This document shows positions 11,519-25,133 of a stretch of 64,000 nt of DNA, piece by piece. The stretch's first letter is position 1. Each line of letters begins with the position of its first letter. The translations under genes were made by a program, and so were the position numbers. The notes under the pieces are model-generated. The model made no database searches, was not told the DNA's origin, and saw nothing but the letters and a program-made list of their open reading frames with translations. The stretch is from contig OZ260663.1 in NCBI GenBank assembly GCA_965285935.1, positions 64,294,001 to 64,358,000 of the forward strand. The letters run 5' to 3'. Origin of the DNA: Ophelia neglecta. Its lineage: Eukaryota.

Positions 11519-14500
11519 TGTACAATGGTTACATTACATTTTGTAAGAATCACATAGAAACTTGACTTAATTATATAATAGATAAAGCAGGAAAATGAGA
11601 GCAGTCATTAATTTTATCATGAAACAAAGTAAGTGGGATATATGCTTCATTCTGAACTTCTTTGTCATTCTTTTGAGCCATACTGCATTCTATTTAAACC
11701 CCGCGGGTAATAAAGATCCATTACTGGTGTGGCTGTCACATGGTTTTCTTTTTATATCTTATATGATGGACATACATAATTAAGCCCCAGGGCCTAGGAT
11801 TACAGTTCCTCCATACATTCCGGATCTTAAAGTTGTCTCATATTCACAAGATATCACTGCAATTCTTGCCTTTGGCCAAAGCAATATCTTGCAGACAGTT
11901 TTGCTGCTGGCCAAATTGATGCAGCCATGACTTTATACTTACATGTACATGTATGCATGGCTTACAAGGTTTATCAAGTGGATATCTTGAAAACAAGGTA
12001 TGACTTGTAATTTTGGCAGGAAGAAAGTAGGACACTCAAACTGTCAGCAGGCAATCTTTTGCAGTCCTAAGCCTGTGTACACCAGTGTAGACATAGCTAT
12101 AGTAATGTCCACCAGGTGGAGGAAAGAGACATCCAAAAGAAGAAGAGTTCTCAAGGTGATCATAAATGGCGATAAATTGATACTCCAACCATTTTCTGAT
12201 TGCCCAAATTGTTTGCCTGTCTTGGCTGAGTCTTCGGTCACTTTTGTGAAATTTCCCACTTACAAAGCTCCGGTGGGTGTTTATCAGATATTAAACCCGT
12301 CTAATGAGCAGATACAGGTGAACAGGTCCTATGGGGCTAGCACAGGTGCTTGTGGCACTAATTATTTACAACAAGGAGGCTCAGGGAATCTCTAACAGTG
12401 GCCCATCCCTTTTATAACTTTGGAACAAACGCCTGTCTGTTTAGATTTATAAATAGCATGGAAAGAGGGATTTATGTATTATTCCTTCCTTATGCCATTA
12501 TCCTTCCTTATGTTAAAGTTTTTGGGGGTCTGAAAGCTCTTCATTTTGGTTATACAGGTAGTGACCACCTGTATGGCCTGGACAATGAGCTGTAGTGTCA
12601 ACTTAGAAATGAAATCGCAGAAAGATTACTCTCGCTTTTAAAGAAAATGTATCACAATAGTTTTAGAATTTAGGCATGTATTTAAGCTGTACATGTGCCT
12701 ATACTGTTTTTTCTTGTGTACTAAATTTGGCCTTTATTCAAGAAACAAACTGGGTTTTTTTTAGCACGAAGCATTAACTTGGTCAGTGTAAACAGACATA
12801 ATTTGTTCTAAATCCCATGGTCCCTCTATGTAATCCTTGGGAGCCCCTGATTTATGTCTCATTGTTCTAAAATGTACCAGAGAATAGACAATTCTAGTTC
12901 ATTTGCACGCAAGACACCTGTTTACTGGTATTCTAAGTGCATTTACCCTTTTTATAGATAATCCATATTGGCATTTTAAGACATTGTTAACAGTTTTGTC
13001 ATTCCTGTTACACTTTATAGGAAATCAATGTAGTTGTCTAGATGATGCACCCTTGACTCTGCACTGTATGCTGAGGTTTGCTCAGGCAATGATATAAAAA
13101 AATGTGTGTTTACTAAAACTGAAACAAGGTATGGATATAAAAGCACATTGTGTGTCAGATACCCAGAAAGAACACAACAATTTCACAAGTGACTACCTCA
13201 AAAAAGGTGTCTGTACGTATAGTTATACTATGAGACTTTTAGAACATACATTTACATACAGTCTTGTACACATGGTCATACACACTGCATGAACTCAAAC
13301 TGTGTTCTATCCTACTATAAACAATATACAAAGAGAGTAAATGAGTTGTTTCATATTAAAATGACATTGAAAGCATTTCTATGTGCACATAAGTCATGCA
13401 TGCTGGTATATTAACACATATGCTTATTGTTATTAACTGAAGTACAATGCCAGATAATGGGCAGTACCATCTTTAAAATGAGGTATGGCTTTCATAAATG
13501 ATATACACTAGTGCTCCTTACACCTTGATGAATAAAAGCAGTATATTGGAAGAAATTTATTCCACCTTAAAACAACAAAATATGAAATTAGGTCCCAGTT
13601 TCAAATGGATTATAATGACCTGTCATTTTAGTTTTTTCTGTGAAAGATGCATGATGATAGGTATAAAAGTGAAATTATTGTTTCTCATTTTGGTAAGACT
13701 AAGTATTTTAAAGCATTCCATCGTCCACTTGGCTCTGCCGCCAATTTTTGCTCAGATTCTTCACCTGCTTATTTCAGCTAATATCCTTTCTGTAATGGGT
13801 TTGTCCAGTCTGTGTATGATTGGCTGTCTCACCAATGGAGATCTGCAGGCAAATCACCATGGTGATGAAGAACGGATACCACAAGTTCATTCCATGTAAT
13901 TGAACAGACTTTGGCCATGTCGCCTATTGTTCTCAACATATTGCTTCCACCAGTCTCAATTTTGCAATTATTCGTTCTTTGGTCAGGCTTGCCCCTGCAA
14001 ACTTCCACGTTGACATTCTCTAAATCCATGAACTGGCACTTTTTACCCATCAATAAGAAAATTAATATCAATGTTTTAATCATTCCAGCTACAAGCTGTC
14101 AATTAGAGAATGTTTTCTAGTGCCAATTACTGTTGGCGCTATCCAGTTGGAAGAGATACATTGTTCAGATGGCAGGGGTCTCTGTAGCTTAAAGCTGTGC
14201 ACAGGTGATAGATCAGTGGATTGTCAATGCACTACTACTGCCTTGTTGAAACCTGCCTGGAATTTTTTAATAAGTTCATTGCAAAACCAATTGGAAACAA
14301 TGTTTTCTATATACAGTTTAATACATGCCAAATGTTGCCTGCCCAGATTGATTTGCCACATCATTGATGAAGATGGCAATGTCCTTTCTTGCCAAAATGA
14401 CATTTATCATAATGAAACTTACTGGGAAGTTTTTCTGTTTTTTGATGATGAGTCTGATGCTGTCTTGTTAAGGAATCCCTTCACTGTCATCCCATGCCAA

Positions 14501-16640
14501 AACCATACCTACTAGCCATTACCTGATGGGGAATTGTGGCGTGTCCATGGCAACCACAAGGTGGAACTGACGCCAGGGCATTTAGGCCTGTTCAATAATT
14601 TACAAATCATTTTGCTAGCTTTGGTTGTGGACATGTTGGTGTTTTCTCGGAGGCACTGTCCTTGCTCTGCATCTTGGCCAGAATTTGGCATGCGCTGTAT
14701 TCTGTGGTCGTGCTTAAGTTGAAATTGTGTACTCTCTTTGTATCGCAGGTTGGGCTAGACTGGGGTAATTGATGCAAGGTAGTGGCATCTTTTACAAAAA
14801 TCAGTGGTTGTCTATGAAGCAGAGAATGTTAGCATAATGGTAGAGTGCTGTCATCTGATGCTCTGCTGGTAATGATGGTGTATGGCTTGGAAGTGATGGA
14901 CAAGCTGGAGAAGATTAACATGTACAGAGAACACAAGACAGGCCAAGGTGGAATGGTCACTGCTCAAACCAGCTACACTAATGACAACGGTTCACTGTCG
15001 ATCATGAGGACACAGTATCCTTCATGCTTGCTCAGTGGTGGCCATGAAAGTTGGAAGAATTGCACACTATAAAGTATTCCTTGGAATGTCTGACAGTATT
15101 TTGACACATAAAGATTTCACAAATCTTAATTCGATAGTTGAATTTCAAATTGTATTCATATATTATGTGTTATGCTCGAACCAGCAACATTTGATTTGAT
15201 ATTATAAGTGATAAAATGATAATTATTTGTGGCTTATGTTTCAAACTAAATCTTAACCAAACATCTATATGAACAATAACATTTGCAACCATGTTGAAAA
15301 TAACAGATTTGAGAAAAGTGTGAATTGGACAAACTAGGCTTGACTTGTTACCATTGTTCACTTTTACCTCTGTGAACCATAGAGAGGCTTGAAGTAGTAT
15401 GTCAAAACTAGTTCTCATCAGATGTCAGCAAAGGCTGGTCTATGGTTACTACTTTCAAGCTTTCCCCATTATTCAACAGCAGGCTTAGAAGAGGAACCAT
15501 CAAAATGTTTTGATCACAAAGTATTTTCCTGTCCATATTGATTTACTGCTTTTGGAGATGGGATTCATTTAAAGTTCTAAGATAATTACCAATCATTTTA
15601 AAGGCAATAAAATGTGCACATTCATTTGGCTTGAGAATATTAAAGAATTAATCAGGAAACACAATCAGATAATGTTTATCAAGAAGAAAGTTGAAAATTT
15701 TTCGTTGAATATCATGATATAGCTGAATTAATTTGCACTCTCACTTAGATATTTTATAGTAAAATGTTGTTCACAAATTCCTGATATTGAATAAAAGTTT
15801 TATGAATTTATTTTTCCAATCAAGTGTGCACTATAAATTGAATAATTGTGTTTGTCAGCTGGATATGTATGTAATTAATCATTATATCTGGGGTTGGCCA
15901 GTCCTTTATTGGTTTTCACCCTAATACCACTTTATATATACAATTTATATCTACTTAGAAGTAGTATACTGCCTACAATAAACTGAAACACAACAGGTAA
16001 ATACACGTATATATATAAAAAACAAAGTGATTTTGTAAGAAGAAAATGTAAATGATTATGATAAACCAGCTGTGTATTTTTTGACAAGTAATAATAACGA
16101 AGATAAGATGCATTTCATTTGACAGCATAACACTGAGCCATTTTACAACTTGCTCTGATTTAGAATGGTTTTAAGGGGATGATGTAGTTAACAGGATATT
16201 GTACATTATCAGGAGCAGGAGGAGGTGGCCTTTACTTTAACCCCAAACTATAGAAGGCTGGTTTGACTGGCCTCCTTTAAAACATCTCTAGGCACATGTA
16301 GGTGGTTTCTGTCAATCATGAATTATTTTTAAAATTAAGTGTTATTAATCTTTATGGTACTAAAAAGAGCCCTGGATGTATATTTATTAATGTTAACCTG
16401 CAACACCCATGCATGTGAGCCTCGGTTATTAAGATGGAGGTTTCATTTTTCACTTGCCACTCCCTTCTGGCACCATAACACCAGGTGTGGTTTGTTCTGG
16501 GTTCAGAGGCACACCTTAATGTGTAATCAGATATCAGTCACTTGTGTGCATGTAGATTTACTCCTGTTACAGTGATGTTTGTAGCAAAAAAATTCCTGCT
16601 TATGGCACTAAGCTGATTGAACAAAGCACTTATATTCTTA

Positions 16641-17170
16641 AGAGTAGAGTTTATTCAACAATAGCCATGACAGGCTGTGAGGTGTACAACAACGATCTAT
16701 AAATTGCACATGTGCGTTTGAACGGACAAAACCTTAAATAATAAACAATAGGGATGTATGAAAAGGGAATACAAATACAAATCCTCCTGTTTATCTATGC
16801 ATGTAGCTGCTTCTGATTAACATGGCTTTTCTAATATATATTGCTAAATTATTAAGTGTTTTCACAGTTTCTGTTTTCATAAGGGCAATAAATTTAAACA
16901 TGCTAGGCCTAACTATGTAATATCTCTGTATATATTTTGCATTTAATTCAAAGTATAGACAGCATTCTATGATAAAGTGGTAATCATCTTCCAATACATA
17001 ACAGACAGACACAATCTTTCTACAAATGGAATTTGCGGTTTACACCAAGCACCAGTTTCCACCTTAAGTTCATGGTTTCTTGTTCTAAACCTAGCCAAAA
17101 TATATATTTTATCAACAGATAGTTTGGAAATATAAGTTTTAAGTTTACAAAGAAAGGGATACATTTCTAA
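16641..17170 (-). mobile_element. 5'-truncated non-LTR retrotransposon (LINE): frameshifted ORF2 C-terminus with CCHC-type motif, plus 3' UTR
   Basis: Overlapping minus-strand ORFs give LARFRTRNHELKVETGAW..PFVERLC / CYVLEDDYHFIIECCLY...YIQRYYIVRPSMFKFIALM...LNNLAIYIRKAM. This is the typical post-RT zinc-knuckle tail of invertebrate LINEs. AATAAA on the minus strand at 16650-16655 is followed by a ctctactct tail. The clade cannot be assigned by eye. Confidence 0.85.
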
Positions 17171-20100
17171 GTGATTTACATGCTTCAGTTTCTAGAGGGA
17201 CATGTCTGGCTATCAGTTCTGTAAATTTACAATAAAGGGGTTTGATGATTGGCTGTTAAGATCCCAAGACTTTCAGTTGTCATCATGGTAAATGAATAAT
17301 TCAATTGTTGAATTATTTTATTTTCTTGATTGAATGATCTCACCCTACATCAAAATTTCTAAAGCCTTCTGAAAGGTTATTTAAACAAAATGTTTATGAT
17401 AATTTTTGGGTTGTTTTCGTAAAAAGGAGCAACTTTAAATTCTAAGGAGTGTTTATGAAATTTAAGAATTTGGCTAAATGTATTTGCCATGTTCAAACAA
17501 ACTGCCATGAAGTAAGCCATTTCCTGGAGCACTTAAGGCTCCAGAGAGGGAGCTTCCATAGGTCATACTAAATCTTTTGAGTTACATGCACATTTAAAAT
17601 TTAATATATATATTTTTTTTATTAATGTACAATCATGTATATAATTATTTGAATATGATATCATATCCCTTTATGAATTTTTCCTTTTTTCATGAGAATC
17701 AGAATAACAGTCCTTAATTCAACCATATAGTTCAATTAAATGTTGTATGTTTAGTCAGATGTTCAAATCTCAGAAACTGACTCCTTGTGGATGCATGTAC
17801 ATATACATATGTACAAAAGTAATGTACATGTACATTTACATAATTCTTCAGATAACACAAAGGTAACTGAGTAGGTCTAAGTGGAAATGATTACCATGGT
17901 AGGATGTCATGTGACCCACAATTAAGGATCACAACATTAGCCAGAAAATGAAGCAAAGTCCAACTAGTGAAACTACAAATCCATCAATCAGACAAAATTG
18001 TCCATCCTTTCCTACATGAATAAATAATGTTGTCTCTTGAGAAAGGAATGGGCATCCTTTGTGCTTGAGAAAATTTCAAGAACATTTAGTTTACCTTTCT
18101 CCCATAAAATAGTTCACTTGCTTTAAGAGAAGGCCCTAGAGAAACACTTTGTGGCAACATTTTGTCCCTTTCTCTTTTGTTGACCAGACAAGTGTTAGAA
18201 AGACGAGACTGGTGATAAAACAGGGAACAATAAGCCACGGGACATAGTCCAGGCTAATTTACCTTTGTAGCTCTCTCAGAGGGGACAGTGTAAAAGGATC
18301 ACCGTCAAGAATGGCAGTCTGGTTTTATCAAATCACCTCTTGCTGTCCACGCGACCTGACACATAATATAGCCATGATGCATGCACAATACATTGTTCCA
18401 GCCATCTTTGATCCTTGCAAGCTTCCTGCATGAAAACTGAGGTCATGTCAAGTTCACAATGAGAATATGAGATTTAAGACAAATATCAAATGACTAGAAA
18501 ACAGGCATGCTATGTTACTATTGTATCTTTGCACATGATCTTATAGACTTGTGAAAGAGAACTGCATATTTTTCATCAAAATAAAAGACATTTTGAAAGA
18601 AAACATGCAAGAATATATGATAAAGAATAGCGCTTGAGCAACATAAATTCAGCCAGCAATGTTATCTGTCATTGATTGGGGAGAAAAAAAGTCTGATAAG
18701 TGGATGAATGGTCAATGACACATTAGATGCCCTTTGGTCCATTTTTCATGCACTGCTTTGAGGTGATTGGTCAAAAAAAAAAAATCATTAGAAAGGGACT
18801 ATAAACAAAGCAGTGATTTAAGCTGAAGCAGGAAATTGAATGAGAAGCCTGCAGCTGAAGATACTGCAGCTGAATAGCAGTGAATTTCCTTAAAAGCCTA
18901 ATCTAGATATGATCAGGTGGTGGCAGTGGCTTGGATGCAGCTGGACTGAGGGGCGCTGTACCTTTTTGGTTGACAGGCTCTGCTTTCCACATTGATTCGG
19001 TGCTGATGCTGGTCCAGTCACTCACCATCACCTGATGATCTAGGGTGTACATCCTTGTTAGCCTTACTGTATCACATGCTAAAAGCCATTACAAGCACAC
19101 ATCATTTTCAATCAGCCATCATTTCCATCAACTTGACTACAGAGTTTGCTAGCGGCTTGAGGTCACGTTTTTGGGGCTGATTATAGCGTTCAACAGGTGA
19201 CACTAACTCACCCCTGAAATAAAACATTATAATATGGATGCTCGTATACCAATTATCATTGCCTGTAAGAAAATGGCGACCTGACATGTCATGGTAATTT
19301 TGGGCCAATGTTAAACTAGAGAAGGCCACGAAAAATATTGTTTTTGGGCACTGTGCAAGTCTACCACATGTATATCAGGGGATAAAAAAGGTCTCTCCCA
19401 GGACACTTACAGCATCAACCAGTGAATACTGTCCAACATTATTCCTAAAAGTGTTTCAGAAAGCCTCCAAAATTGACATTGTTGCCTAGTTTTTTTGTCA
19501 GTCCAAGCTGACTAGAAGAATTTTAGTTGGAAAGTTCAAATTGTATGGGATTGACATGATCAGTATCAAAGGAATACCAGTCATATGTTTTTGCCATGAC
19601 TTTACACAATCATTCCTTAAAAAAGGAGCCTAACGTTTAATTTTGCATGTTAGGACTCTGGAATATCTTTTTGTGCCAGTGCAAGAATTGAAAATAAAGC
19701 CCAAAGCCAATTGTTGTTGATTCCACCTAGCACCAGGCAGTTGTGTTATCCTCATAAGTCATCTAAAAGTAGCCCTGTCCGGTTTTGCTTTGGACTCAAA
19801 TGTAGACATGTGGTGTCTCCACAGATATTTTTTTTACTGGTGCTGGCCACAAAAGTGGAAGGAACAAGAGACCTAATGCATTTCCCATTAATTAGATGAG
19901 GATATGGTAGGAATTCAGATTGAGTTGAACATTTATTAGGCAGCATGGAGGAAGCAGAATTAAAAGCTTGCTCTCAGATTCCTTCTAATCCCCAGCACAT
20001 GTCCGGGTTCGGCAATGACAGCCACTCCTCTACAATGGTTATTTATTGGTTTTCTTTCTACCAGCCCAATAAAAGTTTAGCAATATCTCATCGAATCTAT

Positions 20101-23100
20101 CAGTGGCACAATCCTGTTCACTCGCGCCAGAGAATTTGACTTGTCGTTCTAATCTCACTGGTGACAGCTTTAAGACAATTTTGAATTGAGAGTGAATAGG
20201 GTATCAATAATGCCTATTGTGGTTTATTGGAAAATATTGGCCTCACACCCATAAAGTTGGTTTGCCTGAAGATATTGTGATTTAATAGAGAGTGGAATCA
20301 TTAGATATTCGGCGGCTGTGGCTTGGTATTATGTGGTGTCATCTATCACTTGAGCAAATCTTATCCGGCGTACATTATTGGCCTCCGCCGAATCCTTTGA
20401 CATTGGCGTAAAGACATATCCCTTCTCACCTTCCTGTGACCCACGATGAAAGTTGCCAGCGATATCAGGCGGAATTCAGAATCGCCTCTTTCCATGACTT
20501 GAATGCCAAGAACCCTTTTCACAACACAGTTCATTGAAAGTCGATCAGAAGGCTTCACCTCGGTGGTAAATATTAATAAAAAAGATGGAGAGGGGATGGA
20601 TAGGGGCTGTAATAGAGCTAGAGAGGCATACCAGTTTGTTAGCAAGTTGGAGGCACCGAGTGAGAGATCAGCACACTAAATTAGAGCTATCTGCTGGTCG
20701 CATGTGAGGGTGTGCTTTGCATGCTACCTGCTCATTGGGAACCCACTCCCTCTCCAACAGTGTCAAGTCGCTCACTGCAGAATCATGGCTCTATTGATCA
20801 TGTTTTATCTGTTCAAAAAGAAATATGGTGCGGCCTTGATCCCTGGTGTCAGATGCAGATACTTTTAATGTTAATTGAAAGTACTGGGTGGTCGCGTAAT
20901 GCGGCTCTCCGCAGACAGGTAAAGCCCAGTTGCTTAGAACACTTGCCTTTTAATGGAATGTTATTGCAGGCGGCTCTTGTCACCAAGTATAGAAGCTTTG
21001 CCATCTTCTGTCAAATTGATTAATGCAAGAGTAATCTAGAGTTGGTGGTAATCGCCACCACAAATAAGAAATTCTTTATGTGTTTACTGCCAAGGTTGGT
21101 TTAATAATGCACTAGCAGACTGCCTTTCCCAGTAGTTTTATCCTTTCTGGCTTGCAAAAAGTTATTTTTATATTGCTGGAGCAAGCTTTCAAATGGAACA
21201 AGGGTTGACAGAATGTAGCACCTACATCAATCTCAGACATGTTGCTAAAGTGATTGTGTGTGAGCTGTTGGATGCATCCATGTTGTAGGTGTACGAGAGA
21301 AATAAAGAGCCAGAATGAATCAGGTGATCAGTGGCTGGCACGCATCAATAAACCAGCGTATGAGGAATGGAAAATAGCAAGTACAAATTTGCCTAATGAG
21401 ACCATATGACGAATTCAAAAAAACAGTCTGTGTCTCCTTGGGTTAATGTCTTGAGAAGCTAAATTTAGTATCAGCTAGGATTACGTGAATGTGGTCTCTG
21501 TACCTTTTTTCTCTGCTATAAAGTTAATACCGCCAGCAGACTATCTTAACAATCTAGCTGCTGAATAGAGCAATACAGGTAGTTATCATGTGAAACATGT
21601 ATGGAAGGCTACATGAGATTAGTTTAACTAGATGTTGTGTCCCTTAGAAAGTAGCATCTTGCCGTTTCCTGTGAGTGCTCTTTACTGCAGTGTTTCTCAG
21701 TTCATTTCTCTAAAGGTATTCATTGCACACATGCATGTACATGTAGATGTACATGTATGGTGCTGGTTTGTTTTGTGCTGCTACAAGATATGTGAACAGC
21801 TGAGAAGCCTTTCAATTGTCTCACATACATGTATAATGATGAATGCCTTTTTTGTAGTCTATTCATAGCTTTTCTTTTCACTAATCTAGAAAGAGAAAAA
21901 ACATGGTGAGAGAACAGAATCAGTGTCGCTAGTTTGAGAAGGTGGTGCCATCAGTCAGTTGTCTGCTACTTTCACAATCTGTGGCTAAATCTAAGCCGGT
22001 GCCATGCCCTGTGGACAAGTTGTTGCAATGCCCTCAGATTTCCTGCCTCTGTGGCCACCCTGCCTCTCAGGCTTAGCTCAACCACCTGATGCTTACTGGA
22101 ATATACTTATAGGCTCAGCTGATGTAGAGCTGTGTTGATTTTAGCACCCATTTTTGGTGAAGGAGCAGGCAGATAATCAATAGTCAAATAGACTTGGTTG
22201 AGGTCTGAGGGCCTTCATCACCTCCACCAGACATCATCAGCGTGCACCATGGCAGCCAGTTTGGAGGCAACTCTCTCAACAGGGACATGTCAGCCTTGGA
22301 CTTACTCCATAAGGCCAGCTCTTCCTGGGCAAAATTAAAATTGGGGCTGATGGAGAATCTTAGAGTGGGCTATAAAATACATATATCTTGCTCAATAGGT
22401 GGCCCTTCACAACCTGCAAGCTGAAGCCTCAAATCTTCTGCTGCTGAAAATCGCTTTTTGAAAAAGTGAAGTCGGAAATTGAGTTTGCCCATGTAGTCAT
22501 GTTTTATGTGGCGTCTACTCTGTCTTGAGACTCCATGTCTGACTGGCAGTTGACAGCCTGCACCTTTATTTAACAAGGGACAATCAACCAAAAGACACCT
22601 ACAAGTACATGTACACTCCATACCAGGCTATGTCCCCCACACTTTACTTTGACAAACACATCACTATTACACAAAGCCATCATCTCTATCTACATGTAGT
22701 CTTCACTGAATTGGGACAGAAATACATGTATATTTATATCATTTGAATTCGTCTCCAGTAAAAAGAGTTCCCAACACATACCTTAGGTACATGTACACAT
22801 ACATGTACAAGTGTTATATTGGTCATTTTTGCCCAAACCTTTTTCATAGCAGGCAAACTGGACGGAGAGATAGCTTACCTTGTATTCTGTACACAGTCTA
22901 TCCACAAAAAAATTTTGATTTCAACACTGGGTCTTTGTTATCAATAAAGAAAGCTGTGTATAAATATATAACCAGGGGGGTCTACTGGGAACCAGAACAG
23001 TCTTTATAGTGCAATCTCTTTATTTTGGCACACAATGTCTAGGAATGTATTGAAAGCAAATAGCAATCCACATGCCACAAATAAAATGCGGAGCACTAAG

Positions 23101-23295
23101 TTTGCCCTGTTCGTCACTAGCTCATATGGCTAAGGCATACATTGTCAGGAGATCAGAGAGTCTAAGACCATAAAACGGCGATAACCTTTAATTGATAATG
23201 ACCTGCACCGTTGTTCAGATTACACAAACCTTTATTTCTGGCTACAGTTAATTAAAGCAGATGGACTTTAGAAATGTGTAGGGATATAGCAAGCT

Positions 23296-23870
23296 CATAG
23301 AAATGCAATCAGGTGCTCTTGTATTGTAGTAAGACCATAGAGATCAGTCAGATACTCATGTATTGTAGTTAGATCATAGAAATCAGTCAGATACTCATGT
23401 ATTGTGGTGAGATCATAGAGATCAGTCAGATAGACAGATACTCATGTATTGTAGTGAGACCACGGAAATCAGTCAGATACTCATGTATTGTGGTGAGATC
23501 ATAGAGATCAGTCAGATAGACAGATACTCATGTATTGTAGTGAGACCACGGAAATCAGTCAGATACTCATGTATTGTAGTGAGATCATAGAAGTCAGACA
23601 GGTGCTCATGTATTGCAGTGAGATCATAGAAATCAATCAGGTGCTCATGTATTGTAGTGAGATCATAGAAATCAGTCAGATACTCATGTTTTGTGGTGAG
23701 ATCATAGATATCGGTCAGATACTCATGTATTGTAGTGAGACCATAGAGATCAGTCAGATATTCATGTATTTTAGTGAGACCACAGAAATCAGTTAGATAC
23801 TCATTTATTGTATTTAGACCATAGAAATCAGGCAGGAGCTCATAAGTTGTATTGAGATAATAGAAACCAA
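23296..23870. repeat. 39-bp minisatellite, about 14 copies (consensus tcatgtattgtagtgagatcatagaaatcagtcagatac)
   Basis: The periodicity is directly visible. Two units carry an extra 8 bp (agacagat, ~23432 and ~23518). This repeat explains the repetitive ORFs 23512-23889(-) and 23530-23796(+). Confidence 0.95.
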
Positions 23871-25071
23871 TCAAATGTTCAAGTATCATGTTTCCAATAG
23901 CTGTTTTCTGGCAATGTTACACAGACATAGACTTATTTCGATTTAGCAAGTTGATAAGTTGTAACTCAGTTGGATGCTGCCCTGTAAAGTTGTTAGCAGT
24001 GGTGAAAAATAAAGTTTTTTAGAGTGAGCCACCAGAAATTCACATTAGGCGACAACATTGAATATCAAATTTTTACTTTATCTAGAGACATAGTAGTTTT
24101 TCCTATGTCCCTAGCTGCAGTGTTTAAATGTACATTACGATGCCCTGTTGTGGTTAAAAGGAAGTTTTTCACTCTGACTGTGGCTGGTTGTGGGAGTAAG
24201 AGTCCCAGGTGGTATTTTTTACCTACTCAGGAACATAGGAATACCTCCGAACCTAGATAGATCCAACATATCGTGCTAGTATAACAAACAGTCGAATTCT
24301 TTCTCACATGGTTAATAAAAAAACACCTTGAATTTAATAGTTGCTTTAATAGACAGAGTGCCCCAATAGTAATCATTTTTGGCTTTGAAACCCCACTTGC
24401 AAGATTTCTTTTTAAACTGAAATGATTGCTGAGAATTAACATCTAGCTAGTTTTATTAGCAGCATTTTCCCAGCAGATTTGTTTACCTTCTCACTAGGCA
24501 TTCAATCGAAATTGCCTTACAAGGGGAATAGCCAAATGGGAAATCTACAGTTCTTAAACTCCATTGTAATGCCATCCACAAACACTGATAAGAGGATCAA
24601 GTTTTCTTTGCCCTCCCCAATGATGGCCAATTAAACACTGAAGATTATACTGTTTTATTTTTTCTAATACTATTTTCATAGCAGGGCTGGCATTGAAGTG
24701 AAGTACTTCCACGTTACAAATTTAACATAGAACTGAGATTAATCCAATAAAAATTTGTTAGACCAAGCCATCAAGGTGCATGCTTAGGATACCTGGTGTC
24801 TTTCAGAGCTTGTGGCATCACAGTCAGCTGAGCTAATAAAGAAAGATGAGAAATGAAAACAAATTAGTTTTGTGTGAGTATGGCTTGGTGCAGTGGGATT
24901 GCTGATGGAATATGAGACCACGAGAGTGTATCCTATAAGTTGGCTCTTAGTGTGTCCTGGGGCCAAGGATGATCATCAACCAGGCTATAGGAAGAAACCT
25001 CAGAGAAATAACTTCCTTATCTCCCAACCTTGACTCAAATCATCTTTCTACCTGCCTTTTTTCCTTCACAG

Positions 25072-25133
25072 TCCAATCAATGGCTGTCGGTAAATAGGTC
25101 TACATGTAGTTTAGCTTTAACTCTTTAAAAAAG
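25072..25133 (+). other. Candidate cassette exon with two donors (18 nt in frame, or 62 nt with a premature stop)
   Basis: cttgac...catctttctacctgccttttttccttcacag| acceptor at 25071; donors tcg|gtaaat (25090) and aag|gtaagt (25134). Confidence 0.45.

Noticed and set aside
19108-19329. Minus-strand ORF containing GRHFLTGNDNWYTSI, which resembles the piggyBac DNWFTS catalytic motif
   Set aside because: The expected downstream GTxRxN motif and upstream homology are absent, and there are no TTAA-flanked termini; probably a chance match.
23512-23889. 125-aa and 88-aa repetitive ORFs on opposite strands
   Set aside because: Fully explained by the 39-bp minisatellite; no splice signals or recognisable domain.
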